From assembly GCA_052139855.1 (NCBI GenBank), contig JBKQVS010000065.1, positions 1 to 58,239 of the forward strand: a stretch of 58,239 bases of DNA. The letters are read 5' to 3'. The translations under genes and the position numbers were made by a program. Shown here piece by piece: positions 47,953 to 56,392 of the stretch (positions are counted from its first letter, which is position 1; every line of letters starts with the position of its first letter). The DNA is from Desulfobaccales bacterium. Lineage in GTDB: Bacteria; Desulfobacterota; Desulfobaccia; Desulfobaccales; 0-14-0-80-60-11. The notes below the pieces were generated by a model. It did no database searches and was not told the origin of the DNA. It saw only the letters and a program-made list of their open reading frames with translations.

Positions 47953-48951
47953 ATGTTTGCCACAAATTTCCGGCTTCCCAAAATCTCCTTGAGCCTGAGC
48001 AAGTTCCTGCAAATGAGGCTTAACAGCTTCCTTTTCCGGTTTTTGCCCTTCTCAGTCTCCCGATGCTATGTTATGGTCCTGGGCAGGCTTTACTATCTCT
48101 TTAACTGGAAGGACAAAACCCTTATTCGGAAAACCATAGAACATGTTTTTAAGAGAAAGATCCCGGCCCCCATCCTGAAAAAGAAAGTCAAAGCCGCCTT
48201 CAAAGGGATCTTCGACCATTACCACGAGAAGCTGTACGTCGGTTATTCCCACTTCCCCAAGCTGTTGAAGTTCTTGACCTCCCAGGTTCATTTTGCGGGT
48301 AAGGAACATCTGCAGGCGGCCTTAAAACAAGGCAAGGGGGTCATCCTGGTCACCGGTCACTTCGGCGCAGTCGAAATCCTGCCCGGCTCCCTGGCCATGA
48401 ATGGTTTTCCCACTTCCATGATCTGCCGGTTCAAAACCAATCGGCTGCGGGAATCCTTGGGCTGGCGGGCCGAATCCATCGACCTCAACCTTTTGGACGC
48501 CGACAACGGCAACGTCATCCTGACCGCCATGAAGGCCCTCAAACAAGGTCAGATTCTTATTACCGAGGTCGATGAATTCGATGAATGGCGGACTGATCCC
48601 CACCGGAACAGTTACTTTCTTAATTCCCGGCTCCCTGCGGACCGAACCTTGGAGCTGCTCCAGAAACGCTCCGGCGCTCAGGTCGTCACGGCCCTCATGA
48701 AACGGGAAGGCAATCAGGAGTACACCTGTCATCTTACCCCGGTAGGCAATGGGGCCTTCCCGGCTACCATGCCCATAAGTGACCGCTGTCTGTCCGTGCT
48801 CGAGGCCGCCGTTGAGGATTATCCGGAGCAATGGTACCAGTGGAAGAAGTTTGGTAAAATGATTAAATCTCACTTTGAGGTCGAATATGATCGTCGAGAA
48901 GCTGGATACCTGGCACCTGAGATTGGGCTTTCTGTCCCCGATCAAGCATAA
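47953..48951 (+). CDS. LpxL/HtrB-family (lysophospholipid) acyltransferase
   Basis: GKGVILVTGHFGAVE (Hx4E), YPEQWYQW; AAGGAG RBS. Confidence 0.85.
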   Translation: MFATNFRLPKISLSLSKFLQMRLNSFLFRFLPFSVSRCYVMVLGRLYYLFNWKDKTLIRKTIEHVFKRKIPAPILKKKVKAAFKGIFDHYHEKLYVGYSHFPKLLKFLTSQVHFAGKEHLQAALKQGKGVILVTGHFGAVEILPGSLAMNGFPTSMICRFKTNRLRESLGWRAESIDLNLLDADNGNVILTAMKALKQGQILITEVDEFDEWRTDPHRNSYFLNSRLPADRTLELLQKRSGAQVVTALMKREGNQEYTCHLTPVGNGAFPATMPISDRCLSVLEAAVEDYPEQWYQWKKFGKMIKSHFEVEYDRREAGYLAPEIGLSVPDQA

Positions 48952-50059
48952 CCTGGCGACTCACGAGGGTTCCGACAACATCGTTCTCGGGGTAACCACC
49001 GCTGATGCCATCACGGGATTCGGCGAGGGGGTCCCTCGGGTCTTCGTCACCGGTGAGGTGCTCAGTGACAGCCTTGCCTTCCTCCGCCAGGTCCTGGCCC
49101 CGGCTATTTTGACCCGGGATTTCCCTTCTCCCCAGGCCCTGGTCAAAGCCCTGGCAGACCTGTATCACCACGCCCAGGCCCAGCGCCACCCTGCCGCCTT
49201 CTGTGCCCTGGAAACCGCCCTGCTGGATGCCGCCGGCCAGACCTGGAATATGCCGGTGGCCGAGTTCATCGGGCCCAAACAGCGCACCACCCTGGAATAC
49301 AGCGCCGTCATCCCCATGCTGTCCCTGGAGAAAATGGTCCAATTATTCCAACTGGTCAAGGCCATCGGTATGCGTTTTGTCAAACTCAAGGTGGGCACTG
49401 ACTCAGACTTGGAGACCTTGCGGCTGGCCCGGGATGAATTGGGCGACGAGGTCGATATCCGGGTGGATGCTAACGCGGCCTGGACGCCCGCTGAGGCCAT
49501 TGACCGGCTCCGGGAGATGCAGCCTTATCGCCTCAGCGCCGTGGAGCAACCCGTGGCCAAGGCCGACTTTGCCGGATTGAAGCAGGTGAGCGAGGCGATC
49601 CGGATCCCGGTAATCGCCGATGAGTCCTTGTGTAATGAAGACGATGCCCGCCGCTTGATCGACCTGAAGGCCTGCCGGGGCTTCAATATCCGTCTGTCCA
49701 AGTGTGGCGGTCTGGGAACCGCCACCCGTATCAGACAGATGGCCGAGACGGCCGGGGTTCTCTGTCAGGTGGGGTGTCAGGTGGGAGAAACCAGCATCCT
49801 TTCCGCCGCCGGGCGCCATTTCGCCTTAACCGTGCCGCACTTATCCTATGTGGAAGGTTCCTATTCCCCCTACTTGCTGGCCCGGGATGTGGTAGCCAAT
49901 CCGGTGGTCTTCAATGGCGGCGGCATCGCCTCCGAGCTGCCCGGGCCTGGTTTGGGGATTGAAGTCTTATTAAGCGCCCTGGATGGCATGGCCGTCTCCC
50001 ACGACGTGGAGACCAGCAGCCACGCGGGTCGTGCCCCGCAACGTGCGCAACGTATCTGA
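48887..50059 (+). CDS. Enolase-superfamily enzyme (MLE subgroup), atypical active site
   Basis: GFGE, KLKVG, VDAN, VEQP, IADES, NIRLSKCGG, GPGLGI; overlaps the upstream gene by 65 bp. Confidence 0.88.
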   Translation: MIVEKLDTWHLRLGFLSPIKHNLATHEGSDNIVLGVTTADAITGFGEGVPRVFVTGEVLSDSLAFLRQVLAPAILTRDFPSPQALVKALADLYHHAQAQRHPAAFCALETALLDAAGQTWNMPVAEFIGPKQRTTLEYSAVIPMLSLEKMVQLFQLVKAIGMRFVKLKVGTDSDLETLRLARDELGDEVDIRVDANAAWTPAEAIDRLREMQPYRLSAVEQPVAKADFAGLKQVSEAIRIPVIADESLCNEDDARRLIDLKACRGFNIRLSKCGGLGTATRIRQMAETAGVLCQVGCQVGETSILSAAGRHFALTVPHLSYVEGSYSPYLLARDVVANPVVFNGGGIASELPGPGLGIEVLLSALDGMAVSHDVETSSHAGRAPQRAQRI

Positions 50060-50076
50060 GACCAAGTCGCAATCAA

Positions 50077-50107
50077 CTGGTGGCACAGGCGTCTCGCCTG
50101 TGCGGGC
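50077..50107. repeat. REP-like repeat, family A copy 3
   Basis: CTGGTGGCACAGGCGTCTCGCCTGTGCGGGC. Confidence 0.75.
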
Positions 50108-50359
50108 ACTGGCTAAAGCCTGCGGCTACAACTAATTATCTCTTGAGCGCAACTCGGTATGAGAGTATTTCACGCGGTTCTACAGGTGGGTCAACCGGAA
50201 TCGCAGGCCAGGGACTGGTTTCTTTGCCCCTTCCCGCGGCTCAACCCGGCAGAGGCTTAAAGCAGGGAAGTTATCATACCTCACTCCAGATTTCGGAGGG
50301 AGACCGAAGGCAGGTGTACGGTCTGACTCCCCCCTCACAAGCCCGGCCGTGATCTCCCG

Positions 50360-51679
50360 CTAAAAATGCATCGACCAGCTCAGTCCCACGGAGTGAATAT
50401 TACTCCGGTAGGTCCCGTTGGCTTGTAAGGGGGCCGCCACCCCGTTGGTCACAATGGTGTTGTTTTTGGTCCGGGGCTCGGAGTAGATGAAATTGTAGGC
50501 GAACCCCAGGGTGAATCTCCAGATCTTGAGATCCTGCCCCACCGTAAAGATGTGACGGTTGGAGTCGGGCACCTGGGGGTCAAAGCTGGAATCCGGCACC
50601 GGGCTGAGGTCATAGATATATCCGGCCCGGAGCTTCATGTAATCATTCACTTCATAACTGGCCCCGAACCGGAAGGCCCAGGTATCATGCCAGTTCTTGG
50701 GGGTGGTGATGGTGGTGGACGGGACCCCGTTTACCGGAATCGGGGTGTCTAAATTGATTTTCAGCTTGTCATACGAAGACCAGCCCGTCCAGGTGGTATC
50801 AAATTCGAACGCCCAAGGTTTGAGCCGGCTGTAGGCAATCCCCGCCGTCAGTGACGGGGGATAGACGATGGTGGCCTCGCCCGCGCTGGTAGGCCCCTGC
50901 CCCAACGGCGCCGGCAGGCTGGTGCTCAGGCCGCCGCTGTGATTCACCTTGATCTGACTGCGGTAGGCAACCCCCAGCTTCACCCCTGACAACGGTTCGT
51001 AATGCAGCCCTAAGTTGTAGCCCGACCCGCTGCCGTCGCCGGTAACCTGGGTTTCGCCATCGGGGAACGCCTGGCCCCGGACCACCACCGGCGTCTTGCG
51101 CTGCAGACGCACTTTGGACCACAGAACATCGTACCCGGCCGCCAGCGAGAGATTTTCCAGAACTTTCACCGAGACCACCGGGTTGAGGGTATAGGTTTTT
51201 ATGCTGGAGAAGGTGGTGAGATATCGGCCCGCCCAGGTCGGCGGCCACACCGTCCCCATCCCGAAGGGCGAGAAAAAGCCGAAGCCCAGGGCCACCCGAT
51301 CATGCACCGGAATGGCCATATAGGCCGTCATGGCCCGGTATAATCGATGATTGGTTTGAGAATCCAGGCCGCCGCCGCTATACTCGCGATCCGGATAATT
51401 AAAGAAACTTCCCTGATAAAATTGGGCCCGCTTGAGCTGATTGAGCCCGGCGGGATTGTAGAACACGGCTGAGGCGTCACTGGCCTCGGCCACGAAGGCG
51501 TTGCCTTGAGCCATGGCCGCAGTTCCCTGCTGCACCAAAGCAAAACCGGACGCCCAGGCCCAAGACGGATACCAGCAGCAAAACGACACCGCCAGCACTA
51601 TTGCCACGACAAAACTATTCCCATACCAAACTGTTTTGCCGAAACTATGTATAATCAACATCCCCAAGGAGCTCAGCAT
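50360..51679 (-). CDS. FadL/OmpP1/TodX outer-membrane hydrophobic-compound transporter
   Basis: ASGFAL..QG..AM.QGNAFVA..DASAVFYNPAGL, PDSNR, C-terminal Phe. Confidence 0.92.
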   Translation of the reverse strand: MLSSLGMLIIHSFGKTVWYGNSFVVAIVLAVSFCCWYPSWAWASGFALVQQGTAAMAQGNAFVAEASDASAVFYNPAGLNQLKRAQFYQGSFFNYPDREYSGGGLDSQTNHRLYRAMTAYMAIPVHDRVALGFGFFSPFGMGTVWPPTWAGRYLTTFSSIKTYTLNPVVSVKVLENLSLAAGYDVLWSKVRLQRKTPVVVRGQAFPDGETQVTGDGSGSGYNLGLHYEPLSGVKLGVAYRSQIKVNHSGGLSTSLPAPLGQGPTSAGEATIVYPPSLTAGIAYSRLKPWAFEFDTTWTGWSSYDKLKINLDTPIPVNGVPSTTITTPKNWHDTWAFRFGASYEVNDYMKLRAGYIYDLSPVPDSSFDPQVPDSNRHIFTVGQDLKIWRFTLGFAYNFIYSEPRTKNNTIVTNGVAAPLQANGTYRSNIHSVGLSWSMHF

Positions 51680-52331
51680 ATTGGGCTCGCAGAATTGAGT
51701 TAAGCGATTTAAATAGTATTTTCAAAAAAAATCAACTCTTTTTTCACTACGTTTCCCGTTATTATCAATTATTCTTGTTAGTATCGGGTAACTGAGAAAC
51801 GTGCGTCAAGTTGGGTTCTACCCGAGATAATGGGGCAGGCGTTGACCTAGTTGTTACTTTGTAAAGATTCGCTCATGAATCCCAATCATGCCGCACAACC
51901 AGTCCACCGAGAAAAAAGTGGCCCCGGGCCTGGGCCGCCGCATTACTCCTTGGCGCCGCCAACTGTCTTCAGTCATCCGGTTGCCATGCCTCCCACTGCC
52001 TTGGGTTGATTTTCTGCTCAGGTCGTTCTATTCTTATCAATATTGCGCCGGAGATTACTCAATCGAGAATTTACCTCACCCAAGGTTCCCATGGCTGCCG
52101 CGGGAACGGGAAGATTTATAAAAAATATTATCTTAGCAACCATGACGATTCCCGGTAATAAAGTTGCCGGGCATCTTTTCTGAACCTCCTGACAGGACCT
52201 CCTGCCGAGTTCCCGCCGCCTTGGATCTGCGGGATGCCCATGGGCTGCGCCCTGCGACCTGACCGGCGCCAGGCATAATTGCCCGGACCCGCAGCCATTA
52301 CCGGTGGCGCCGGGAGAAAAGAGTACTGACC

Positions 52332-53069
52332 ATGATTGATATTCATGCCCATATCCTGCCTGGGGTGGACGACGGGGCCAAAAACTGGGAACAATCCCTG
52401 GCAATGGCGCACCTGGCGGTTAAAGATGGCATCAGGATCATGGTGGCTACCCCGCACCTCTTCACTGGCAGAACTCTCGACCTGAGTCAATTAAATGACA
52501 AAGAATCGATTCTCCAGCACGTGGCCCAACTGCGGCAGAAATTGTCCGAAGCAGAAATCCCTTTGGAAATCATCCCGGGGTGTGATTTTCCCCTTGGGGT
52601 CGAATCATTGCAGCTCTTGGAAGACGGACGGGCCTTGACCATTAACAACGCCAACCACTATTTGCTCCTAGAACTCCCCGATATCTCCTTGCCGCCGGCC
52701 ACGGAAGAAATCTGTTTTCAGTTGCAATCCCGGGGCCTGACTCCCATCATTACGCATCCCGAGCGGCACCTGGTCATCCAGGCGATGCCCCATAAGCTGA
52801 AACGTTTGATTGACCTCGGCTGCCTGGTTCAGATGACCGGCAACAGCTTAACCGGCTGGTTTGGCCGCAGAGTAAAAAAGATTTCCCGACAATTAATCAA
52901 GTTGGGGTACGTCCACCTCCTGGCTACCGACGCCCATGACCCTCAGAGGCGTCCCCCCTTACTGAGCCAGGCGGTCACCGAATTATCCCGGCTGGTCGGC
53001 GAAAACCGCGCTTGGGCCATGGTCCACGATCTTCCCGGGAAAATCATCGCCGGCGAACCGTGCTCCTGA
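52332..53069 (+). CDS. CpsB/CapC (YwqE) PHP-family tyrosine phosphatase
   Basis: MIDIHAHILPGVDDGA, VATPH, IITHPER, LATDAH...RPP. Confidence 0.92.
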   Translation: MIDIHAHILPGVDDGAKNWEQSLAMAHLAVKDGIRIMVATPHLFTGRTLDLSQLNDKESILQHVAQLRQKLSEAEIPLEIIPGCDFPLGVESLQLLEDGRALTINNANHYLLLELPDISLPPATEEICFQLQSRGLTPIITHPERHLVIQAMPHKLKRLIDLGCLVQMTGNSLTGWFGRRVKKISRQLIKLGYVHLLATDAHDPQRRPPLLSQAVTELSRLVGENRAWAMVHDLPGKIIAGEPCS

Positions 53070-53210
53070 GATCACCCCTCCCCTGCTCCCCGTTTCAGGC
53101 CCCTGCAACCTTGGCCTTGCCTAAATTTTTCTCTTTCCGGTTGGCTCACGCCCCAAAAAATTGCCCATTTTCTTCTTTCACCTTGCTATAATGCGTCAGG
53201 GGATCTCAGC

Positions 53211-53762
53211 TTGAGCCAAAAGGTTTTTCATCATCCGCAGTCCATACTCCGGGGGACACAGCAAAACTCTCTGTCTGTAGTCGCTTCTGCGGTAACGCTC
53301 TCCCTGCTTCTGGGCTCAGCCGTCATGGGCCTCTCCGGGTGTACGGCAATCAACGTGAAGGCTCCGTCCCGTGAGGTGAAAGCCTTTTTTGTGGCCGGCA
53401 AGCAAGCCAACTATCTGGCCCTCCAATGCCCCACCCCCGGTTACGTGGATCTATCCGCCTATTCTCACCTGATGGAAGTCAAATATCCGCCCACCACCCA
53501 GGTCGAGGTTTTGCAGAAAGCGCCCTCCAGGCCCTATAAATCCTTTGCGGTGCTGGAATACGAACCTGCGCCTAACGCCAGGCTTGAGGACGTGGTGGAA
53601 GGGTTCAAAAATAAAGCCCGGGAGATCGGCGCCAATGCCATCATCCTTTGCCAAACCGGCCCGGACTCGGGCCTTGCCGGGACCCCGCCGGCTGCCATCA
53701 TGCAAGCCGTGGCCATCAGGTATATCGTGACGACTTCGTCAGATAAGGGAAATCGTTCCTAA
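53211..53762 (+). CDS. Hypothetical lipoprotein (YbjQ-like C-terminal pattern); start uncertain
   Basis: LSGC lipobox; PSRPY...KAREIGANAII. Confidence 0.6.
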   Translation: MSQKVFHHPQSILRGTQQNSLSVVASAVTLSLLLGSAVMGLSGCTAINVKAPSREVKAFFVAGKQANYLALQCPTPGYVDLSAYSHLMEVKYPPTTQVEVLQKAPSRPYKSFAVLEYEPAPNARLEDVVEGFKNKAREIGANAIILCQTGPDSGLAGTPPAAIMQAVAIRYIVTTSSDKGNRS

Positions 53763-53839
53763 TCCTCTCAAGACCCCGGTTCCACCCTCAGGGTCCCGGC
53801 CCGAAGCCCAGGGCCCGACCCGGGAGCGCCCATAACCCC

Positions 53840-54340
53840 ATGATTAAAGATTTGTTCGAGAAATCAGTCCTGATCTTCGGCTGCGGCAACATCCTGTGGG
53901 GCGATGACGGGTTCGGGCCCGCCGTCATTCAGAGGCTGAAGGAGCGCTACCGCCTGCCCGACGACGTCCTGGCCATGGATGTGGGGACCAGCATCCGGGA
54001 TATCCTCTTTGATTTGGTGCTGAGCGACAAGAAGCCCCGGAAGATTTTCATCATCGATGCCGTGGAATATCCCGACCGCCGGCCCGGGGAGGTCTTCGAA
54101 ATCCCGGTGGAAGGGATACCGGACAAAAAGGCCTCCGACTTCTCGCTCCACCAATTTCCCACGGTCAACATGCTCCAGGAGCTTAAGGAGCATAGCCGGA
54201 TAGACATCAAGATCATCGTGGCCCAGGTCGAGTTCATCCCGGATGAAGTCAAGCCGGGCCTGACCCCGGTCATGACCGGTGCCATCGATACGACCTGTCA
54301 GCGCCTCATCGCGGCTCTCCAGGCCGAGGGCGCCGGCTAA
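53840..54340 (+). CDS. Hydrogenase maturation protease
   Basis: GCGNILWGDDGFG, DVGT, IIDAV, SLH. Confidence 0.92.
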   Translation: MIKDLFEKSVLIFGCGNILWGDDGFGPAVIQRLKERYRLPDDVLAMDVGTSIRDILFDLVLSDKKPRKIFIIDAVEYPDRRPGEVFEIPVEGIPDKKASDFSLHQFPTVNMLQELKEHSRIDIKIIVAQVEFIPDEVKPGLTPVMTGAIDTTCQRLIAALQAEGAG

Positions 54341-54521
54341 GCCGTCGCCATCCCTCGGGATTCCGGACCCGCTTTGACCGGCCAACCCCGCCTGGACCTT
54401 CGCCACTCTAAACGCAAGGCCACCGGAGCGCCTCTCCCTCTGCGTCTTGGCGCCTTGGCGTAAGAGTTTTACCCTCTTTCGAGCCGCAAATCCGCGGGCG
54501 CGGCACTCCAACCGTAATGCC

Positions 54522-54908
54522 CTATTCCCACCGGAGTTCGATGCCCTCCACCCCCCGGCCTCCCTGCACCGGGCACACGGTCCCGCACTGCGGACACTCC
54601 ACCAGGGGCGACTGATCGTGGGGATCCACCGCCCCCTCCGGCAACGGGCCTTGAAAGCCGCAGGTTATGCAGGTCAAAGTCACCGGTTCGATCGTCAGGT
54701 TCAGCCGGGAGTGCGCCAGGGGCGTCCCCTTGACCAAAACCTCATAGGCCTGCCGGGTGGCCGCCTCGGAGTGCACCGCCAGGGCCCCCACTCTCAGGAC
54801 CACCTCCAGCGAACTTTCGTCCAGGGGACCATCCACCTTTTTGAGTTCCGCCAGGATGTGGGCAATCACCTGCTCCATCAATGAATATTCATGCACCTGT
54901 GCCGACAC
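54522..54908 (-). CDS. hypA: Hydrogenase nickel metallochaperone HypA
   Basis: (M/V)HEYSL, CITC and CPQC Zn motifs, GGRG. Confidence 0.85.
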   Translation of the reverse strand: MSAQVHEYSLMEQVIAHILAELKKVDGPLDESSLEVVLRVGALAVHSEAATRQAYEVLVKGTPLAHSRLNLTIEPVTLTCITCGFQGPLPEGAVDPHDQSPLVECPQCGTVCPVQGGRGVEGIELRWE

Positions 54909-55118
54909 CTCCCCTTAGTGCATCAGGTTTCTCCCGAAACCTCATGGATCATCCCTTAATCCCGCCACCAATAGCACATTTAGCCCCCGGAAGCGAAATA
55001 TTTCGCCTTCATTGGGGCGGCCTTCATGGCCGTTGCTCTTGGGCCGGTGGCTCACCCGGAATCCCTGAAAAATGGCGGGCTTTTTATCCCGCTGCGCCGT
55101 TCCTCTCCTTCATCAACC

Positions 55119-55148
55119 TTGAACTTTGAACTTTGAACTTTGAACTTG
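55119..55148. repeat. TTTGAAC heptamer tandem repeat
   Basis: ttgaactttgaactttgaactttgaacttg. Confidence 0.75.
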
Positions 55149-55273
55149 CCCCCCACCGGCCGCCGGGAAACGATCCCTCGCGCTGCCTTGCCAAACCAGG
55201 GGCCCCCCCTTTATAATAATAATAATCAAGTTCTGTCTCACCAGGCGCGCCAAACTTCACCACCGGAGGAACT

Positions 55274-55582
55274 ATGCCCGACGAATCCCAGGTTGCCACT
55301 TCCCGCAGACAGGTCGCCATCCGCCTGCTCTACACCCTCCTCTACGTGGCCATCTTTGAGGTGGTAAAAACCATCATCCTGCTCATCACCCTGTTTGAAT
55401 ACTTCTTGCTGCTGGTCACCCTGCGCCACAACGAGCCCGCCAGGAGCTTCGCCAACCAGGTGGCCGCCTACGGCTACCGGTTGATGCGCTATCTGACCCT
55501 CAACGACAACCACCGCCCCTTTCCGTTTTCTGATTTCCCCGCCGCCATCGAACTCCCCGACGCGGAGGTGAGATTCGATTAA
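55274..55582 (+). CDS. DUF4389-family membrane protein
   Basis: RLLY...F.....Y....MRYLTLND..RPFPFSDFP. Confidence 0.8.
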   Translation: MPDESQVATSRRQVAIRLLYTLLYVAIFEVVKTIILLITLFEYFLLLVTLRHNEPARSFANQVAAYGYRLMRYLTLNDNHRPFPFSDFPAAIELPDAEVRFD

Positions 55583-55640
55583 GCCGCGGCCCCGGGCGCG
55601 CTACGCCCCCCGCCCCTGCCCGCGCAACGTTTAAAAGTTG

Positions 55641-55666
55641 TAGGGGCATGAGAGCACCGCCCCTGG
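55641..55666. repeat. REP-like palindrome, family B copy 2
   Basis: TAGGGGCATGAGAGCACCGCCCCTGG. Confidence 0.5.
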
Positions 55667-55750
55667 AAAAACCTCCCCAAAAATGGGAATATTTTTGCAA
55701 AATATATCTAGGCTACAACCCTATACCCTGAGAAAAATCGCCCCTGGCCC

Positions 55751-56296
55751 ATGCCCGTGAAAACCATCCTTGCGCTTTTTGGCCTCATGGTCTGCCTCAG
55801 CTCCGGGGTCGTCCCGGCCTGGGCCCAAGAAACCTCGGTCAAAACCAAACAGTTCCCCTCCGGCTACTTCTACCAGTACCAGAAGATTACCCTCCAGGAA
55901 AAAGAAAAAGTCCTGGCCAAGATCGACGCCACCCTCAAAAAACTCACCCGGGATGGCTTCAGCCTCATTGCCAAAGGCGCGGTCATCGAAAAGCCCGACC
56001 CCGCCGTCCAGACCTACCCGCAGCTCACCATCCTGGATGAAAGCGGCCTGGTCATCATCGCCCGCCAGGTTCCCAATCTTTACTACGGCTATTCCGGCAA
56101 GACCGGGCTCAACCCCAATATCTATATCATCATCAAAAATGCCCGGGTGAATCTCCCCGAAAGCTACATCCGCTATAGTTACGTGGTGGAAGGCGACTTC
56201 GTGGCCTACGCGCACAAGTTTGTCAAAGCCATTATGGAAGGCCTGGAGCGCCCCGCCCAGCCCCCGGACCGCCAACCGGCCCCGCCGCCCCGCTAA
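55751..56296 (+). CDS. Hypothetical exported protein
   Basis: Signal peptide ending AWA; host-like codon usage. Confidence 0.7.
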   Translation: MPVKTILALFGLMVCLSSGVVPAWAQETSVKTKQFPSGYFYQYQKITLQEKEKVLAKIDATLKKLTRDGFSLIAKGAVIEKPDPAVQTYPQLTILDESGLVIIARQVPNLYYGYSGKTGLNPNIYIIIKNARVNLPESYIRYSYVVEGDFVAYAHKFVKAIMEGLERPAQPPDRQPAPPPR

Positions 56297-56392
56297 GCCC
56301 CAATCTTGCAGTGGACGCCTTCAAGCAAAAAAGATAAAATAATTAATTGGAGTCAAATCAGACTGAAGCTAAAACCCGCGTTCCCTATTAAT

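Noticed and set aside
47953-48951. Assigning lpxL/htrB
   Set aside because: Family is clear, but there is no LPS context and it is coupled to an enolase-family gene, so the specific function is unsupported.
51888-52121. 77-aa ORF upstream of the PHP phosphatase
   Set aside because: No RBS or recognisable motif; could be a remnant but not supportable.
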